The notes under the pieces are model-generated. The model was given only the letters and a program-made list of their open reading frames with translations. It had not been told where the DNA came from and ran no database searches. Shown piece by piece: positions 1-13,560 of a stretch of DNA of 64,000 nucleotides (the stretch's first letter is position 1; each line of letters opens with the position of its first letter). The stretch is from Sphagnum compactum. Lineage: Eukaryota. The translations under genes and the position numbers were made by a program. The stretch covers positions 5,766,001 through 5,830,000 of the forward strand of contig OZ234493.1 of NCBI GenBank assembly GCA_965153455.1. Direction: 5' to 3'.

Positions 1-109
1 ATAACAAGAATCTCCTCTTAATCCCCATTATGTACTTCAACACAGCTAATGACCATAAGAAAACATCAACTTTTCACACCATACAATACTAAAAACATGA
101 GGACCATAC

Positions 110-3100
110 CCTTTTGCTGTGACCAGAAAGTTGTGATACTAACTCCCCTGTGCTACGACTGAACACTGCAGCCGTGCAGTCCACGCCTCCAGTTAAAATC
201 AGATCCTGCACAGAATTAGGGATGAGAAAATTGGCAGAGAGATACTGGATAGAGAGAACCTCTGACCCCAATTTCCCTTCTAGAAACATTTGTGCAGAAT
301 ACACAAAGCACAGAAGCAAACCTTAGACGAATGGATGTCCATTGACAGTATGCCAGGCTTTGAGCTAGAATGAAGAGGATGACTGGCCAACTGGGTGTAT
401 CGCTCCAAGGCTTCAGGGCTGGCCAATGTTTCTGAAATCTGTGCATCAAAGTAACCTGACTGACTTAATTGACAAATAATATTGAAAAGAATTAACAAGC
501 ATTCAGACAAGCTAACCGCTAAACTTATGAAGCTCCTTTCCAACAAATCATCAATCTAAACAAGAAACTTTAAATCAAATAGTATATGTTCTCATTTGGC
601 TGTGGAACAGCCCACAAATCCTTCTTAAAGATGCAACAAATTATCTATCAGAATCCAGAGAAAACTCCACAACCACCCTTGGAAGGTAAAAAGAAAAGAA
701 TGTGTGCCCTTGTAAAGATGCAACCACTACCCAAAGCCACCTTTCATATGGTAGCCAACAATGGTAAACAGCACAAAGAGGGTTTATCACAGAATGATTC
801 CAAAAGCTAGAAGGTCCAAATTGAACACACCTGCCGCTTCTTACGCTGACTGGAAAGTCGAGTGTTGCATTCATTGAGCTCTTCAGTGACATCAGATGTG
901 ATACCCTGCCTGGCTTTCTTCCCAGGTGCTTCTGACTCATTTTCAGCTTCAGGAGCTGAAACAAAGCCAGGTTAGTATTGCACTGTTCTACTTCCTCAAA
1001 CCATTTCCATATGTAGACTTCAAACCACACTAGTGGTTCAAAGTGAAACCTCTAATTTCTAAACTAGAATTCTTGCACAAAAGTCAAATAAACTCAAGAT
1101 TGACATTTGTGTTACTACTAGCTTCCACAGCCTCATCCCACATTTCAAACTAAACAACAGCAAGAAAACAATAACTGCATGTCAAAGTTCACATATTTGC
1201 ACAGCCAACCTCGTTTGCCATTGCTGGTTGCCCCAGGAGCAGTTGCTGTGGCTGATGCAGCAGGCACTTGTCTGTCTGCTTGAGCTGGTAGATCGCGGGC
1301 CCCATCCCTCAGTAGCAGATCCCGGGCCTCATCTCTCTCTTTCTTTAATCGTGCAATCACTCTGCATGCTGCATCATGCTGTATCATCCCACCTTGCATT
1401 CAATGCAAATTCCATTGCTAGTTTCACACCCATCTCTGTAACTCACCAAGTACAATTAAACAATATCATGTTGTCTATGCCTCATATAGAAAGCTAAACC
1501 CAAGATGTTCCATAGCAGTGGACCAACAGGACCAAAAAAACAGCTCTGGCTGATGATGAGTGATAGAAGTTCCCTCATTCCCCCAACCACTTTGGCAAGA
1601 TCAATCCAAGCTGTAGCAATAGCAAAGCCTAAACCACCTTCTTTGAATTCCTTGGACTTTTAATTTGGACCCCAAGATCATAAAAATCAGTTCCAAAAAA
1701 AGTAAGAGAAAGAACACAATCAGGCACCTGATATAGAGCATGGCTCAATTCCTGCCGAGCAGTGTGTAACTGCTGCTCCAGAGCATAGTTGGACAGCACA
1801 ACAGCATCCCACTCCTGCAACAAATTGTAAGCCCAATTACCTGAATATTCTCTCCCCACAAAGTCTTTAAAAAAAAAATTCCTAGGACATTACCAAAAGT
1901 ACAACCAATATTACTGTGCTTATTATCCACAAATCAACAAGAAAGTCCCGAACCTCTCCAATATGATGTTTACACAAAGCTTTTAAAATTCACCTCAGGG
2001 GATCTCCTCAGGCTTAGCAGAGTTTCACAGGGTAGCCATAGAAGAACAGAGTAGACCCTTGCAAATGAAAGGATAAAGAAAAACTACTCAAAATTGTTTG
2101 CACTGTGGGAAGAGATGGTAAAGGAAGAGCAGGACAGAGAATGTATGGTGATTAGGTCGAAGGTGAGTGGGCATACAGTCATCCAGACAAATTTCTCCAA
2201 TGGCAACTTTCATAGCAACTGAAAGTGTAAGAAAGAATGAGCAAGAGAGGTAAACAGTCAGAGGAATACACAGGCTCACATTTTGAAAGAGTCCAAGCAT
2301 GCCCGGTATGCTGGCAGCTTGCAAGGGCCTGGGTTTTACGCCCTGCCATACCCCACACCCAAATACTTCCAGTCATCCAAGCTAGTATGCGCCAGATGGC
2401 AGTACAACAGTAAAACAAAGAGTGTAATGCTATGAACACATCAAACTCCAGGATCTAATTTGGGAGAAATCAGCATCCAATTGCAAAAAATTGAACTAAA
2501 AATCCACAATGCCAGTCCACACTTTGTTTGTCTTCACAGAAATGAGGTCGTCCAAGGACATTGTGTCGCCTGTGACAGGATCTGTTCCATGTTCCTGCAT
2601 CAACATGAAGTCTGAATGAGAAGAGCCCATAAGTTATATGCAATCACATCAGTCAATCCTAGCATGCTAGAAGAAAGAGCAAGGACAGATACCTGAAGAC
2701 AAGACAGAGGGTGCAACAGTTACAAGAAATTCTAATCACAAATGCCAGGTCTGTCAAAAAGACCAAGAATCAAGCATCAGGGAAACTCGATAAACATATC
2801 AACCCATGAGAAGGATGTTGCTCCATCATTACACCTATCCATTTATTGATTGCTATCCACTCCTCACAGTTGAGTGAAGTGCACAATCCAAGTACCAGTA
2901 TTTCTACATGGTTTCCAGTTAGTTGCCTCCTATCAGGACCAATGCTCTGTGCATCTCACAATGAGCTTGTTTTACCGTCTGGGGAGAAAGATTGTGCAGT
3001 ACCTCTAAATGCTTCAAAATCAAGCGCCGTTCATATAGCAAGCCAGATTGTCGTGACACCACAGGGTCATCAGGGGTCACCCCTGATACTGCAGCAACAA

Positions 3101-4025
3101 ACCACCCATGAGTTTACTGTATCCAATACATCATTCCTCCCATTAACTTTACAGCTATCGTTTGAGTACACACCTTCCAGCAGACTCCATGCATTTTGGA
3201 TAAACCCTAAACTTGGACCCAGCTAACAAGGGCTAGACTTGCAACTCACAAAGATGTAAGAGAACATAACTCCACTTTCACCTCAAATGTCTACAACTAC
3301 AAATTTCTGTGTACTACTCCCAGCATACACAGATGTCATGAACATTCAAAATAGGTAGGGTTTTTGTTCAATTTCTATTCCTCGGCTTTTCCATTAGAGC
3401 TGACACCAAGCCAACTTCCTAGCATGTTTTTGAGGAAATATCATCTCATTCTGATCACATAAAAAGCACATATGGTACAGACAGTGCCATGGAGCCAAAA
3501 AAGAGAAGGTTTCAATTTGCACACTTCAGAGTCCTCTTCAAAGACAAAATACACTCTTCCACGGAAAAATAAATAAAAATTACGAGCTAGTTGCTAGAAA
3601 ATAGTTCAACACCTTACTACAAGGTACAAGACTTAAAGGTTTTTGTTTCACCAGATCATAACTCTCACTCAGAACCTCAAAAAAACCGGAGATAAACCAT
3701 GCAATTTTTACAAAACTCACAAACAAGATCAAGTTTGGAGTACATTGCGGGTTCGTCTTCTGTGTAATGGACGTTACATAGGACTAGTTTATACTCCGTT
3801 TCCTAATAAGATTGCAAGTAGGGAAAAGAAAATATGAAGAACATGAGAAGACGAAAAAAAAAACAAACAAAAAGCCGCATTACAGCTAGCTACAAAATGG
3901 CAAACCCTTCTTAGTTTCTGAACTATCATCTCATGCTCTCATCTCTGAACACTCCCAAAATCAAACCTGAAGAAAGGAAGAAAAAAAGGGGCCGGAAAAA
4001 AAAAGAACATACTCGCACAATACAT
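110..4025 (-). CDS. PRP19: Pre-mRNA-processing factor 19 (U-box, coiled-coil, WD40), 5' part; continues beyond the left edge
   Basis: Exons read on the minus strand with GT-AG borders: 4025-4013, 3088-3003, 2594-2523, 2342-2280, 1814-1728, 1378-1210, 955-831, 438-322, 205-110. They join in frame to [42 protein letters not shown]...[67 protein letters not shown]...[11 protein letters not shown]...DLILTGGVD, which is the PRP19/MAC3 signature. Confidence 0.95.
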
Positions 4026-4120
4026 GATGCCGTCTCCTTCTTCAGATACAACGCTCCACCTGCTACGTTCCGCTTGCCAACGCGATGAGAGGAGCCGAGA
4101 GTGGGGAGCAAAGCAGAACG

Positions 4121-4182
4121 GGAGAGAGCGAGAGAGAGAGAGAGAGAGCTTAGGGCAGCGGCGGTGTGCACTTTAGGGTTTC
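4121..4182 (-). promoter_or_regulatory. CT/GA microsatellite leader plus telo-box (AAACCCTAA on minus) near the PRP19 start
   Basis: (GA)n at ~4121-4148 and TTTAGGGTTT at ~4172-4181, about 150 nt upstream of the ATG. Telo-boxes are established elements of plant translation and RNA-processing gene promoters. Confidence 0.6.
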
Positions 4183-4200
4183 CGGGGTTCCGTGTCCCAC

Positions 4201-4412
4201 CAGAAGGCGACGATCGCTCGTCGTCTCACGTCCCATATGTCGACGAGGATCGACATGCCAGACGGCGACGATCGCTCGTCGCCTCAATTCCACATATCAA
4301 CGAGGCTCGACGATCTATGCAACGAGGGCCAACGACATATGTCAGAAGGCGACGATCGCCCGTCGTCTGACTTCGATATGTCAACGAGGGTCGACGATAT
4401 GTGTAACGAGGA
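4201..4412. repeat. Three-copy CpG-rich hairpin repeat upstream of PRP19
   Basis: The unit CAGA(A/C)GGCGACGATCGC(T/C)CGTCG(T/C)CT starts at 4201, 4259 and 4343. The copies are separated by related ATATGTCRACGAGG-type segments. Confidence 0.8.
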
Positions 4413-7400
4413 GCAACGAAAAACAATTAAATACCCACCTACAAACCAAATGGTGGTGGGTATTTATTTAACCACCAATTTCAATATTCGGCGATTATTA
4501 GAAATAGGAATAAAACCTCAATCGTTATTGAGATGGGTTCTTAGAATTCTTAATTGTGCTTTTCAATAATCAAAGACTAAGTTTTAGTAAAAAAAATCCA
4601 TAGATTTTGAATTTTCTGAAAAATCACATAGTCAGCCTTTTATAACAGTCATCAATTCTTTCATGAAAATCATTAATTATTCAAGATTTTTGAAATAATT
4701 GAAACCAATGGGTTTTTTTTTTAATTTTCTCAAAGAATCAAAATGAATGATTCTTTAATTTTGAAAGAATTCAACAATTTAAATTCAACAATTCTTTACA
4801 AATTCAAATAATAGCATAACATGAGTTTTTTTTTTTTCGGTTGTCATGCATAACTAAATCAACACCTAACACTATCAAAACTAACACATACACACACATA
4901 AAAGCATGCACACAAATCACTCAAAACTTACTCACTTACAAAGTATAAAAATTTAAGTTCAAAGCATAAAAGTAACAACAAGCATGGCGTCAAATTCATG
5001 GCATCATATTCCTTAATATGCTTTGGAATTTCATATTATACTTGGACTACAAATTTCACAACATATGTTAAGAAAAAATTTATTAGAAATTTCTTGAACT
5101 TCAACATTATTTAAAGCCGACACCTTCTATTGTTGCCATTTCAAAGCTCACAAGCTCTAGCTTTTCAGATGTGGTTCTTTTAGAACACATGGTTTTCATG
5201 TACACTTGCATGCAAAAACAAAGAGAGGTTTGAAATCAACATTACTAGGCAATTAATCTTGATCATCATTTTCATCAACTTAAGTCAAAAAAATGTCATA
5301 TAATCAATTCATACCTATAATTTAAACAGTTTCTCAAAACCATCTATGGAAAAGTTTATACTAGTCACCAAGACCATTCGAAGTGTTACAAATGCATAAA
5401 TCATATTCTCCAATTGAAAACATTTGTGCATATCTAAAAAATATAAAATGGGTCTCATGAAATTAAATAATAAAGACTCAAGCCTTGAATGGTTTCTACA
5501 TTATGAAGAAAACAAGGGTTTTGCAATTGGGCTTGTAATTACATTTTCCAATTGCAAGTACCACTTGTAACTCACTATTCAAATACAATGTTATTTGAAT
5601 TGAATAATTCAAACTAGTTGCTATAGCATATATGGTGTTTCTCGTCATCATATATGATGAACAAAATACATGTAACTTAATACAACCGCATTAGAACTAA
5701 ATTGTAAAAGAGTATTCATGGTAAACAAACATAATGGTAGATGGCATATTTGTTGATCTTTATTCATTCCACATGGATGAAAATAGTTTGATTAACAAAG
5801 AACTACCTTGCAAATAATGTAGTTGTAACATATATTGTCTTGTAATTAAGAGTTGATTATTGAATCTAAATTAACCGCATGGTAGTTGATCTGAATACTA
5901 CAATGTGACTATGAATAGTGGTGTAAGTATTTTTTGTGATTTTTTATTAGTGTATTGGAATGGTGGTAGACTTGTAATTAATGATGTTAATAATGCCACT
6001 AGCTTGCAATTATGTCATGATTATTTTTTAATAGTGTTATTCAACTAAATGAATATATAAATATTATTTTGCGACTATAAGGGGGACCAATGATACCATA
6101 TTACAACTATCAACAATATGCATAATAAAATAAAATAATTGATTACATTTAACATAATATTCATTTGTAACTTTTGGAATGCATTATATGGTGTTAATTT
6201 ATAGCTGAAATAATAGATGGAATGTTAAATTGCAACTAACAATCATGATGGTGGAACATGCTTACAACTATGTTGCAAACAAATGATCCCATGTTGCAAT
6301 CAACACATATAATCACAATAAATAAGTATCTTGTAATGAACACCATTGATAATGTTACACTATGTAGTTTACATGGCACACCAAACTACCATTTTAACAT
6401 ACAAAAATGTCATCTCACATGTTTATTTCATGAAAACCCTTAATATTGCCTTTCAATGCCCCTTATCATATTGCACACATAATTTGCACCCACCTATTCA
6501 CCCATCTTTTTATGAACTTCCACTACCATGAATAAATGTGACTAAATTTAAATTAACACAAGTATGGAATCAAACTTTTATTAATCAACAAGCAAAAGTC
6601 AATTTTCACATGTTTCAATGTGTAAGTAATATTCAATTTTTAGGGGCATTCACGATTTGGGTTCCAAAAACAAAAAGGATATCATAACTTTTTTTACATT
6701 AGTTTGTACAAATAACTACATCACAAGACAAATTTAAATTTGAATAGTCTAAACTAAAATAATTCATGTGGTGGTGATGATTTGTTTCATGTGTACATTG
6801 GTGTGCATTTAAATCTTGTTTCAAACCCAAAATGCAAAAAATGTTTAAATAAGCATTTATAAAAAAAATTTAAAATAAAACATTATTATTTCCTACACAT
6901 GTGACCCACACTTCAAGTTATAAATTTTAAGTCTAATTATTATAAAAAATCAACCAAATGACCCAAAAAAATAGTCCTTTTTTTTGTAGCCCCAATGATT
7001 AAATTATGTTACTTTCAAAAAATAAATATGGTTTTGAATAATATAAATGCATGCAATGAATGTGGCCAAATATAGATGCAAACATTATTTATCCATAAAA
7101 GAAAATTGACATCAATTGCATTTCTTAAACCATTCCTTTTGATTCCTTTTATAAAGAAGTGCAATTTAGACACTTGACATAGTTAGGCTTAAATGAAACA
7201 AATGGACATTTATATAATGTCTTATTTTATTTATTTTTATTGATTTTATATGACACCATTTTATCCATTAGCATAAAAAAAAATCAATACAATTACAATG
7301 ATGCAAATAGAAAAAAATCCAAAGTTATCTTTTCCAATCCTTAAAAACTTAAACAATCCTTTTTGGTACCCCAATCATGAATTACTTTACTTGGAGGGAA

Positions 7401-8376
7401 ATTCCATAAACCATAACACATGCATGAATGGGTGCCAACATGTAATTATGCCACAATTCTAGTTTCATCACATTGTGCACCTTACAATTTGTAAATATTT
7501 GTATACAACTACAAATCAACTAACTTCCATGCTATGCAACTTACGTGTTTTTCATGCAAAACAATGAATAACATGCAACAATTAAATGACAATAAATGGC
7601 AAGTAGAAAGGTTATTCACCAACTTCAAATCAAACAATTCGTTGAAGGCCATGTTTACCAATGAAAGTGATTATTACTTCTCCTTCACTTACTCAAATTC
7701 AACACCTTTAATTTCTAATAATTTCTTAATAAAATCCAAATTATAAAGAAACCAACCATTAGAAGGATGCATAATCATTTAACAAACATCTTAACCAAAT
7801 AAATTTAAAGCTTGAACCCTAATTACACTAGATTGTCCAACATGATCCGAAGATCATGGAGGTGGCAACTTTACATCTAAACAGTAACATTCTATGTTGT
7901 TTATTTATTTCCCACAAGCCTCTTATTATCATTAATACAATTCACACAAAAACTTAATTAGTGAAGGAAAAAAAGCCAAAATAACCTTAGTATTATTGTT
8001 CTTAACAAACTGTACTACTAACATACAATAACTTTGTATGAAAGAAACAATAGTGATAACAAAATTTAAAATAAAAAGTAGAAAGTATCATTATAGATAC
8101 ATTTATCATCCTTGAGGCTTCTGGGTGTTTTCTCATGGATGCATATATTGTAACTCTATAATTGGTGACACACTATGATCTTTCACCTATGATTCCAATG
8201 CCATCAAGGTTGCTAATTGTTTTTCACAAGGAAATAAAAACGAACTAGAAGACAAAACAAAGTTAGGGTCAAAATAATCATAGTGGATGAATATGTTTTT
8301 CACTACAATTTTAACATTTACTTCATTGAAAATATATATATATATATATATATGGAGGTTTAAGAGCAATTGATAT

Positions 8377-8487
8377 CACTACTACAAAATGTGGGTGCAG
8401 TTCATTAGTCCTCGTTCACTAGACCAGTGAATTCACTCAAAATCCAGTGAAATCACTTGGCATATAGGGACACCTTTTGTTGTAGTG
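8377..8487 (+). mobile_element. Miniature CACTA (En/Spm) non-autonomous element, 111 bp
   Basis: Termini CACTACTACAAAA ... TTTTGTTGTAGTG; 3-bp TSD TAT at 8374-8376 and 8488-8490. Confidence 0.85.
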
Positions 8488-9107
8488 TATTGTTGTAAAT
8501 GTTACACAAAGGGTTTTCAAAAAATTGCAATTGGATGAATCCTCAAAATGATGTTACACTTAGAAATGTTGAATTTGATTCAATCAAAAAATTAGAATCT
8601 AATCACAAACTAGTTGATTTTTAATTACAATTGAATTGTATTATAATTGTAAAGTAGTTACACATGGGTCATCACAAAAACCTCATCAATATTGTGGCAA
8701 CATCCATGCTAGTTAGTTATTGTTATGTAGATATGTTGATGTGTAGAATGCCCATGGAATGACCATGGTTGAATAACTCCCCCACAATGTCACTCACACC
8801 CCAAGGCCTAAACCTTATAAAGGTTAAAAAATTATCAACAAAGAAACCAATTGTTATGGATTTATAAATTGAAAGGGTGTATAAGAATTTGAAATAGAAT
8901 AAAGGAATCCTAGATTATGTATTTGAGTTACATTGACAAATTATATTCGTGTGTTTAAATTTCATTGCACTATCAAGGTATTGTGTAAGTGGATGGAAGT
9001 GGGATTCTAGAATTAAATCATTAATGTATTACATTTGGCATCTAATCATGTTACAATTGGATTGTATCCATGTTATGATGATTTAAGCCAAAAAATCCAA
9101 TCATATA

Positions 9108-11571
9108 GGGTGTAGTCATACTAACATGTATCATTAGTAATCGTAACCATTATTATTTTTTTGAATTGTAATTTTTATAAAATATATATAGACATAAATA
9201 TTTTTTTTTAAATGTTATTGTGAATACATTATGTACATATTGTTCAAAAATTAAATCAATTTAATGAGTGGAAAATACACAATTTACGTTTTTAAATAGT
9301 TGTAACTAGTGCTTAAAAATAGTTTTGACACTAAAAGAACAATTTGAAAATATTCTTTTCAACATATTTTTGGATTTTTTTAATATACAACTTAACATAA
9401 TAATATAAATAAAACTTTAAATATTTTTAATGTTTTTCTTAAAGACATATTAAAAAGATTATAAGAATATTTTTCAAAAAAATAACAAAAAAACAATGGT
9501 CTAAGGGGGCACATGTGGTTTCTTATAGCATGGTTAGACCCTATATTAAAGTTCATCTTTAATAATTTTAATGTAATATTGTTAAAGTTGGAAGGTAGAA
9601 TTACACATATGGGTTCATCACAAATATCTCATGCGTATGGGATGGCAATGTCTGCATACCAATTAATAATCGTCACATTGGATATGTCCCATGTGGGGAA
9701 TGATTGTACAATCTATGCATTGTTATATTTTTATGCATGAATTGCATATCACATATATATAACAAATAAAAGAAAAAATCAATTTGCATGTTGACTAAAA
9801 TTGTAATACTCTTAAAATATTTCATATGCTTGCAATTTTCTTAGAATTCATGTGCACCTAGCTAGTAATTTTCTATTATGCAATTTGATATTGAAAAATG
9901 AACATATTTCTCACACAAATTTGAAACTTAGTTGCAATGTAGTTGATACGAACACATAACATATCAATGTGTTTTTCACAGTCACAATTTCTCATAGTGT
10001 TGGCATATAAAAACCAAGGAAAGAACAAAACTTCAATCTAGTAGTCAAACATAATAGGCAATAAGTTTTCTACGTAATGAGATTGTGTTGAAGTTGTCTC
10101 CAAGCAAGAACGTTTGGTTAACAAACCTCATCCAAAGCTTAATTATGTATAACTATGTATAGAATAATTTTGCAAAAAGAAAAATCAAGTAAAGAACCAG
10201 TAGGCAATGGTAGTAAATACCATGAATGTTGTCAATTAGGTTGGGTGTTAGTTTGAAAAGGAAATTCCATCTATAACTTCTTTTTTTTTAATTGCAAATT
10301 CAAGTGCTATGAATTACAATTAATGGGTGTGGCACTAACAATTTTTAGAAATGCATCAATCCTAATAAATCAACCATTTGCAAAGGAAAATATAGTAAAA
10401 TAATTATAAATATGAATCAACATATTTCAATAAAGCCTTGGATGAACCAATAATAGTACTAAAATTTTGGTGAACAACCAATACACTTTAATGTGGATGA
10501 AAACAAAATAGACTAATGGCTAGGATTTTAAACTATCTAGGGTCCATAATCTAGACCAAAGGTTATATTACATGATTTAAAATATGTATGGTATATCGCC
10601 ATAAAGTAAAAACCATCACAACCCTATTTTTTTATTTTCATTTTTGCATTATGAAATTCACGTTTTTCCAATCGCTACTTGCCATTGCCGAATTCCACTT
10701 GCTACATGTATATAGCTTCACATTTGATGTAAAATTTCATCAAAACTTCATTCACTACTAGAATTATACGTTTTTCAAACCATGCACATTGATCGAAAGG
10801 TTGTTTTTGACTAAATAACATGTATGTTTTCATTGGAGGCCAAAGTACTAATGACATAGGTATGTTTTGACTTATCAATTTGACAATGATGACTGATTTG
10901 ACCATATGTCAAATAGTCACCTAATCAAATTCAACACTATTGTGAAGAGACTTAGTTTTGGACCATGTTCACATTGTTTTTCATATGTTCATCCTTCACA
11001 TGTTGTAAGAGTGAATTGCTTATATATGTTGGTGTACATTCAATGCTTGTAAAGTAGGATTTTGATTGCTACATGTTTCTATCCTACAAAAAATTGAACA
11101 AAGACAAAGATATCATATTAAAAAATTGTTATGAAAGAATATTGGGAAAATTATGAAAAGATTTTCACAAGTGGGTGAAAGGAGTTAATAGGAACTAATG
11201 ATGCCCCCTTAAGCAACTACCTAATCTAGAATATTATCATAATATTCTTTTTAAAATATTCAAAAATAATAATCATTCATTTTTTATATTATTATATTAG
11301 GTCTATGTTTTTTAATTCCAAAATTTTGTCATTTTGACATTTTATAAGTTTTTTACTAATTAAAAACATAAAAAGTGAAACTTTTTTTTGATTGAGTATT
11401 TTTCATTCAATAGATTGATTTCAAATTGATTCACATGTTCCCATGATATATTATGTATGTTGTTATGTAAGTAAATCTAACTTTCAATACAAATTTAAAT
11501 AACTGCTTTCAAATATGAAATATTAAGTAATGGTTACAATTGTTTTGATACATATTAACATGCTTTCACCC
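9108..11571. mobile_element. Old DNA transposon with long (~400 bp) degenerate terminal inverted repeats (MULE/foldback-like)
   Basis: 9108-~9513 is an imperfect reverse complement of ~11198-11571, e.g. GGGTGTAGTCATACTAACATGTATC...CGTAACCATTA versus TAATGGTTACAA...GATACATATTAACATGCTTTCACCC, and CTAAGGGGGCA versus TGCCCCCTTAAG. No clean TSD is visible. Confidence 0.45.
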
Positions 11572-12879
11572 AAGTAAATGCCCATGTTTACTAGTGACCT
11601 ACGTGCAATGTTTAGCAAAACAATGCGGTGGCAATACCTAATATTTTTGGGATTTTGCAACATTCATCAAAATTTTGTCTGACTGTTTTTACTTTTACAC
11701 ACATTGTTTAGAAGTTTCAATCAAACAATAAAACTTTAATTAAAATTCATTCACCTACATAAGTTGAGCAAACCCAAAACCCAATTGTTTATGACTTTTT
11801 TTTAGCTAAAACTTATAAATTCAATCTTCCAACACCTACACTTGAAGATCATTAAAGTGTTTAAATTGATGTTGCTGTTGATTTTTCATTTAAACAACAT
11901 TCCATGATATTTAATGTTGTTTTAGTTGGATCAATGCAAGGTTTGTCAATCTACATTCTTTTTCAATGTCGAATGTTGTTATAAACAAAAAAATAGTCAT
12001 GGTTACCTCCATGGTAGCGTGTTGAAATTCACTCTTCCAAGTTGTTGGAAGTTTTTTTTTTCCCATCCTTTCAACATCATTGCTTCCTTGCTTCTTGACT
12101 CTTTCCATGTATTGTGTAACCATTAGCATATGCATGATTTTAAATTACTCATTTTGAAGTTGATGTTTGGATCATTGCCAAGTTTTCAATTATTCTTTAA
12201 TGACCCCTATTGGGCACAAGCATGGTTAGGTGGCTCACTTTTGACATTTTGAAGAGCCAAAATCTTACATTAACTAAAATTCTTGAAATTAAAACAAATA
12301 TCAAACTATAAATCCTATAATTATCTCCTTTTTTTGGTTATAAATGTTGGTAGGCCACCTTTTAAATATCACTAAACATGTGATTGGTTAAACACTCCAT
12401 ATCAAAGCTTAATATATTTCAATGTGAAATAAATAAATAAAATTAAAAATGATGAAAATCATTGTATTTAAAAAAATTATTGGGAAAGTTTCAATGCATT
12501 TTATTATTAAATTCATCATTTAATGTAGGCCTATTTTTTAATTTCATTTTGACACTATTAATGACATTTTGTTGAATCCACATTTTTTATTTTGTACGTG
12601 TGATAAAATGCAATGTCATCATTTTAAAAGTTCATTATGAGTCCATTTTTTAATTTTAAATCATTCATATTTTTCAATATGATTTTCATTAAATTCTACT
12701 ACAACATGGATAATTAAAAATTGATGATGTTAATGTTGAATATGGTTTTTACATTTTTAGTTCATGTACAATCCAAAATATCTTCAACTATGATGGTCCA
12801 AATTGTCCCCCTAACTATATTTTTGCCATAATGTCCGATTGTTGAACTATATTTTGAATTCATGCCTGAATGGGTGTTA

Positions 12880-13560
12880 CAATATGACATTAGTTGGTTG
12901 CAAAACATTGTTATAATGTTGCTAATACAAAAACTACCAAGATGTTTGGATTTTATTTTTTAATCCCATCGAAGAATTTTTTAACTCTTATGTACAATCC
13001 AACAATCTAACAACCAATTAAACCATTTTCTAACGTGTTTGAAATACAAGTAGTTCAAGTTGAACTTGGTGGTAACGCACCATGATATTCTCCACAAAAT
13101 GTTTAGTGGTTTCAAGGTTTGACCAATGATTTTCACTATAGGGGAAATCTCTTTTGTTTATTACACAAATTGTTTTTCTGTCATTATTCCAATGGCCCCA
13201 TGTTTTTGGTGTAGTGCTTCTAAAAATGATGTGTAGCACTCCTATTGCAAATGAGGATACTAACACACTCACTTGTCTTTTGTCCTTTATGCCAAGTAAA
13301 TGAATATGTTTGAAGCCCTTACTTTCCCATGCATGTTCTACTATAGGTACCAAATGTATGTCAATCTAATCATTATTAACAAGTGAAGGGGGAATGTCAT
13401 TGGCTTTGGTTAGGTAACCAATACGATAAGCCATGGACCTATCTTGCTCTTGCTAATATCATGGAAGTTTGTTGGTGGTTATAGTATTAACCCTGAAAGT
13501 CCAATTCATGTAATGGCTCACATGTTTGGTTTTAAGTTTTCTTATCATTGTAAACCACTC
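12880..13560 (-). pseudogene. Degenerate pogo/Tigger-like DDE transposase fragment
   Basis: DIPPSLVNND*IDIHLVP (D-Q-T-G-like motif), WESKGFKHIHLLGIKDKRQVSV, ENHWSNLETTKHFVENI and WLLDCWIVHK, interrupted by stops and frameshifts. Confidence 0.6.

Noticed and set aside
4201-4412. CRISPR-like array of palindromic repeats
   Set aside because: Only three degenerate units, the spacers resemble each other and differ in length, there are no cas genes, and the context is eukaryotic.
4101-4569. Overlapping ORFs of 66-125 aa
   Set aside because: They arise from the GC-rich repeat and show no protein-family motif.
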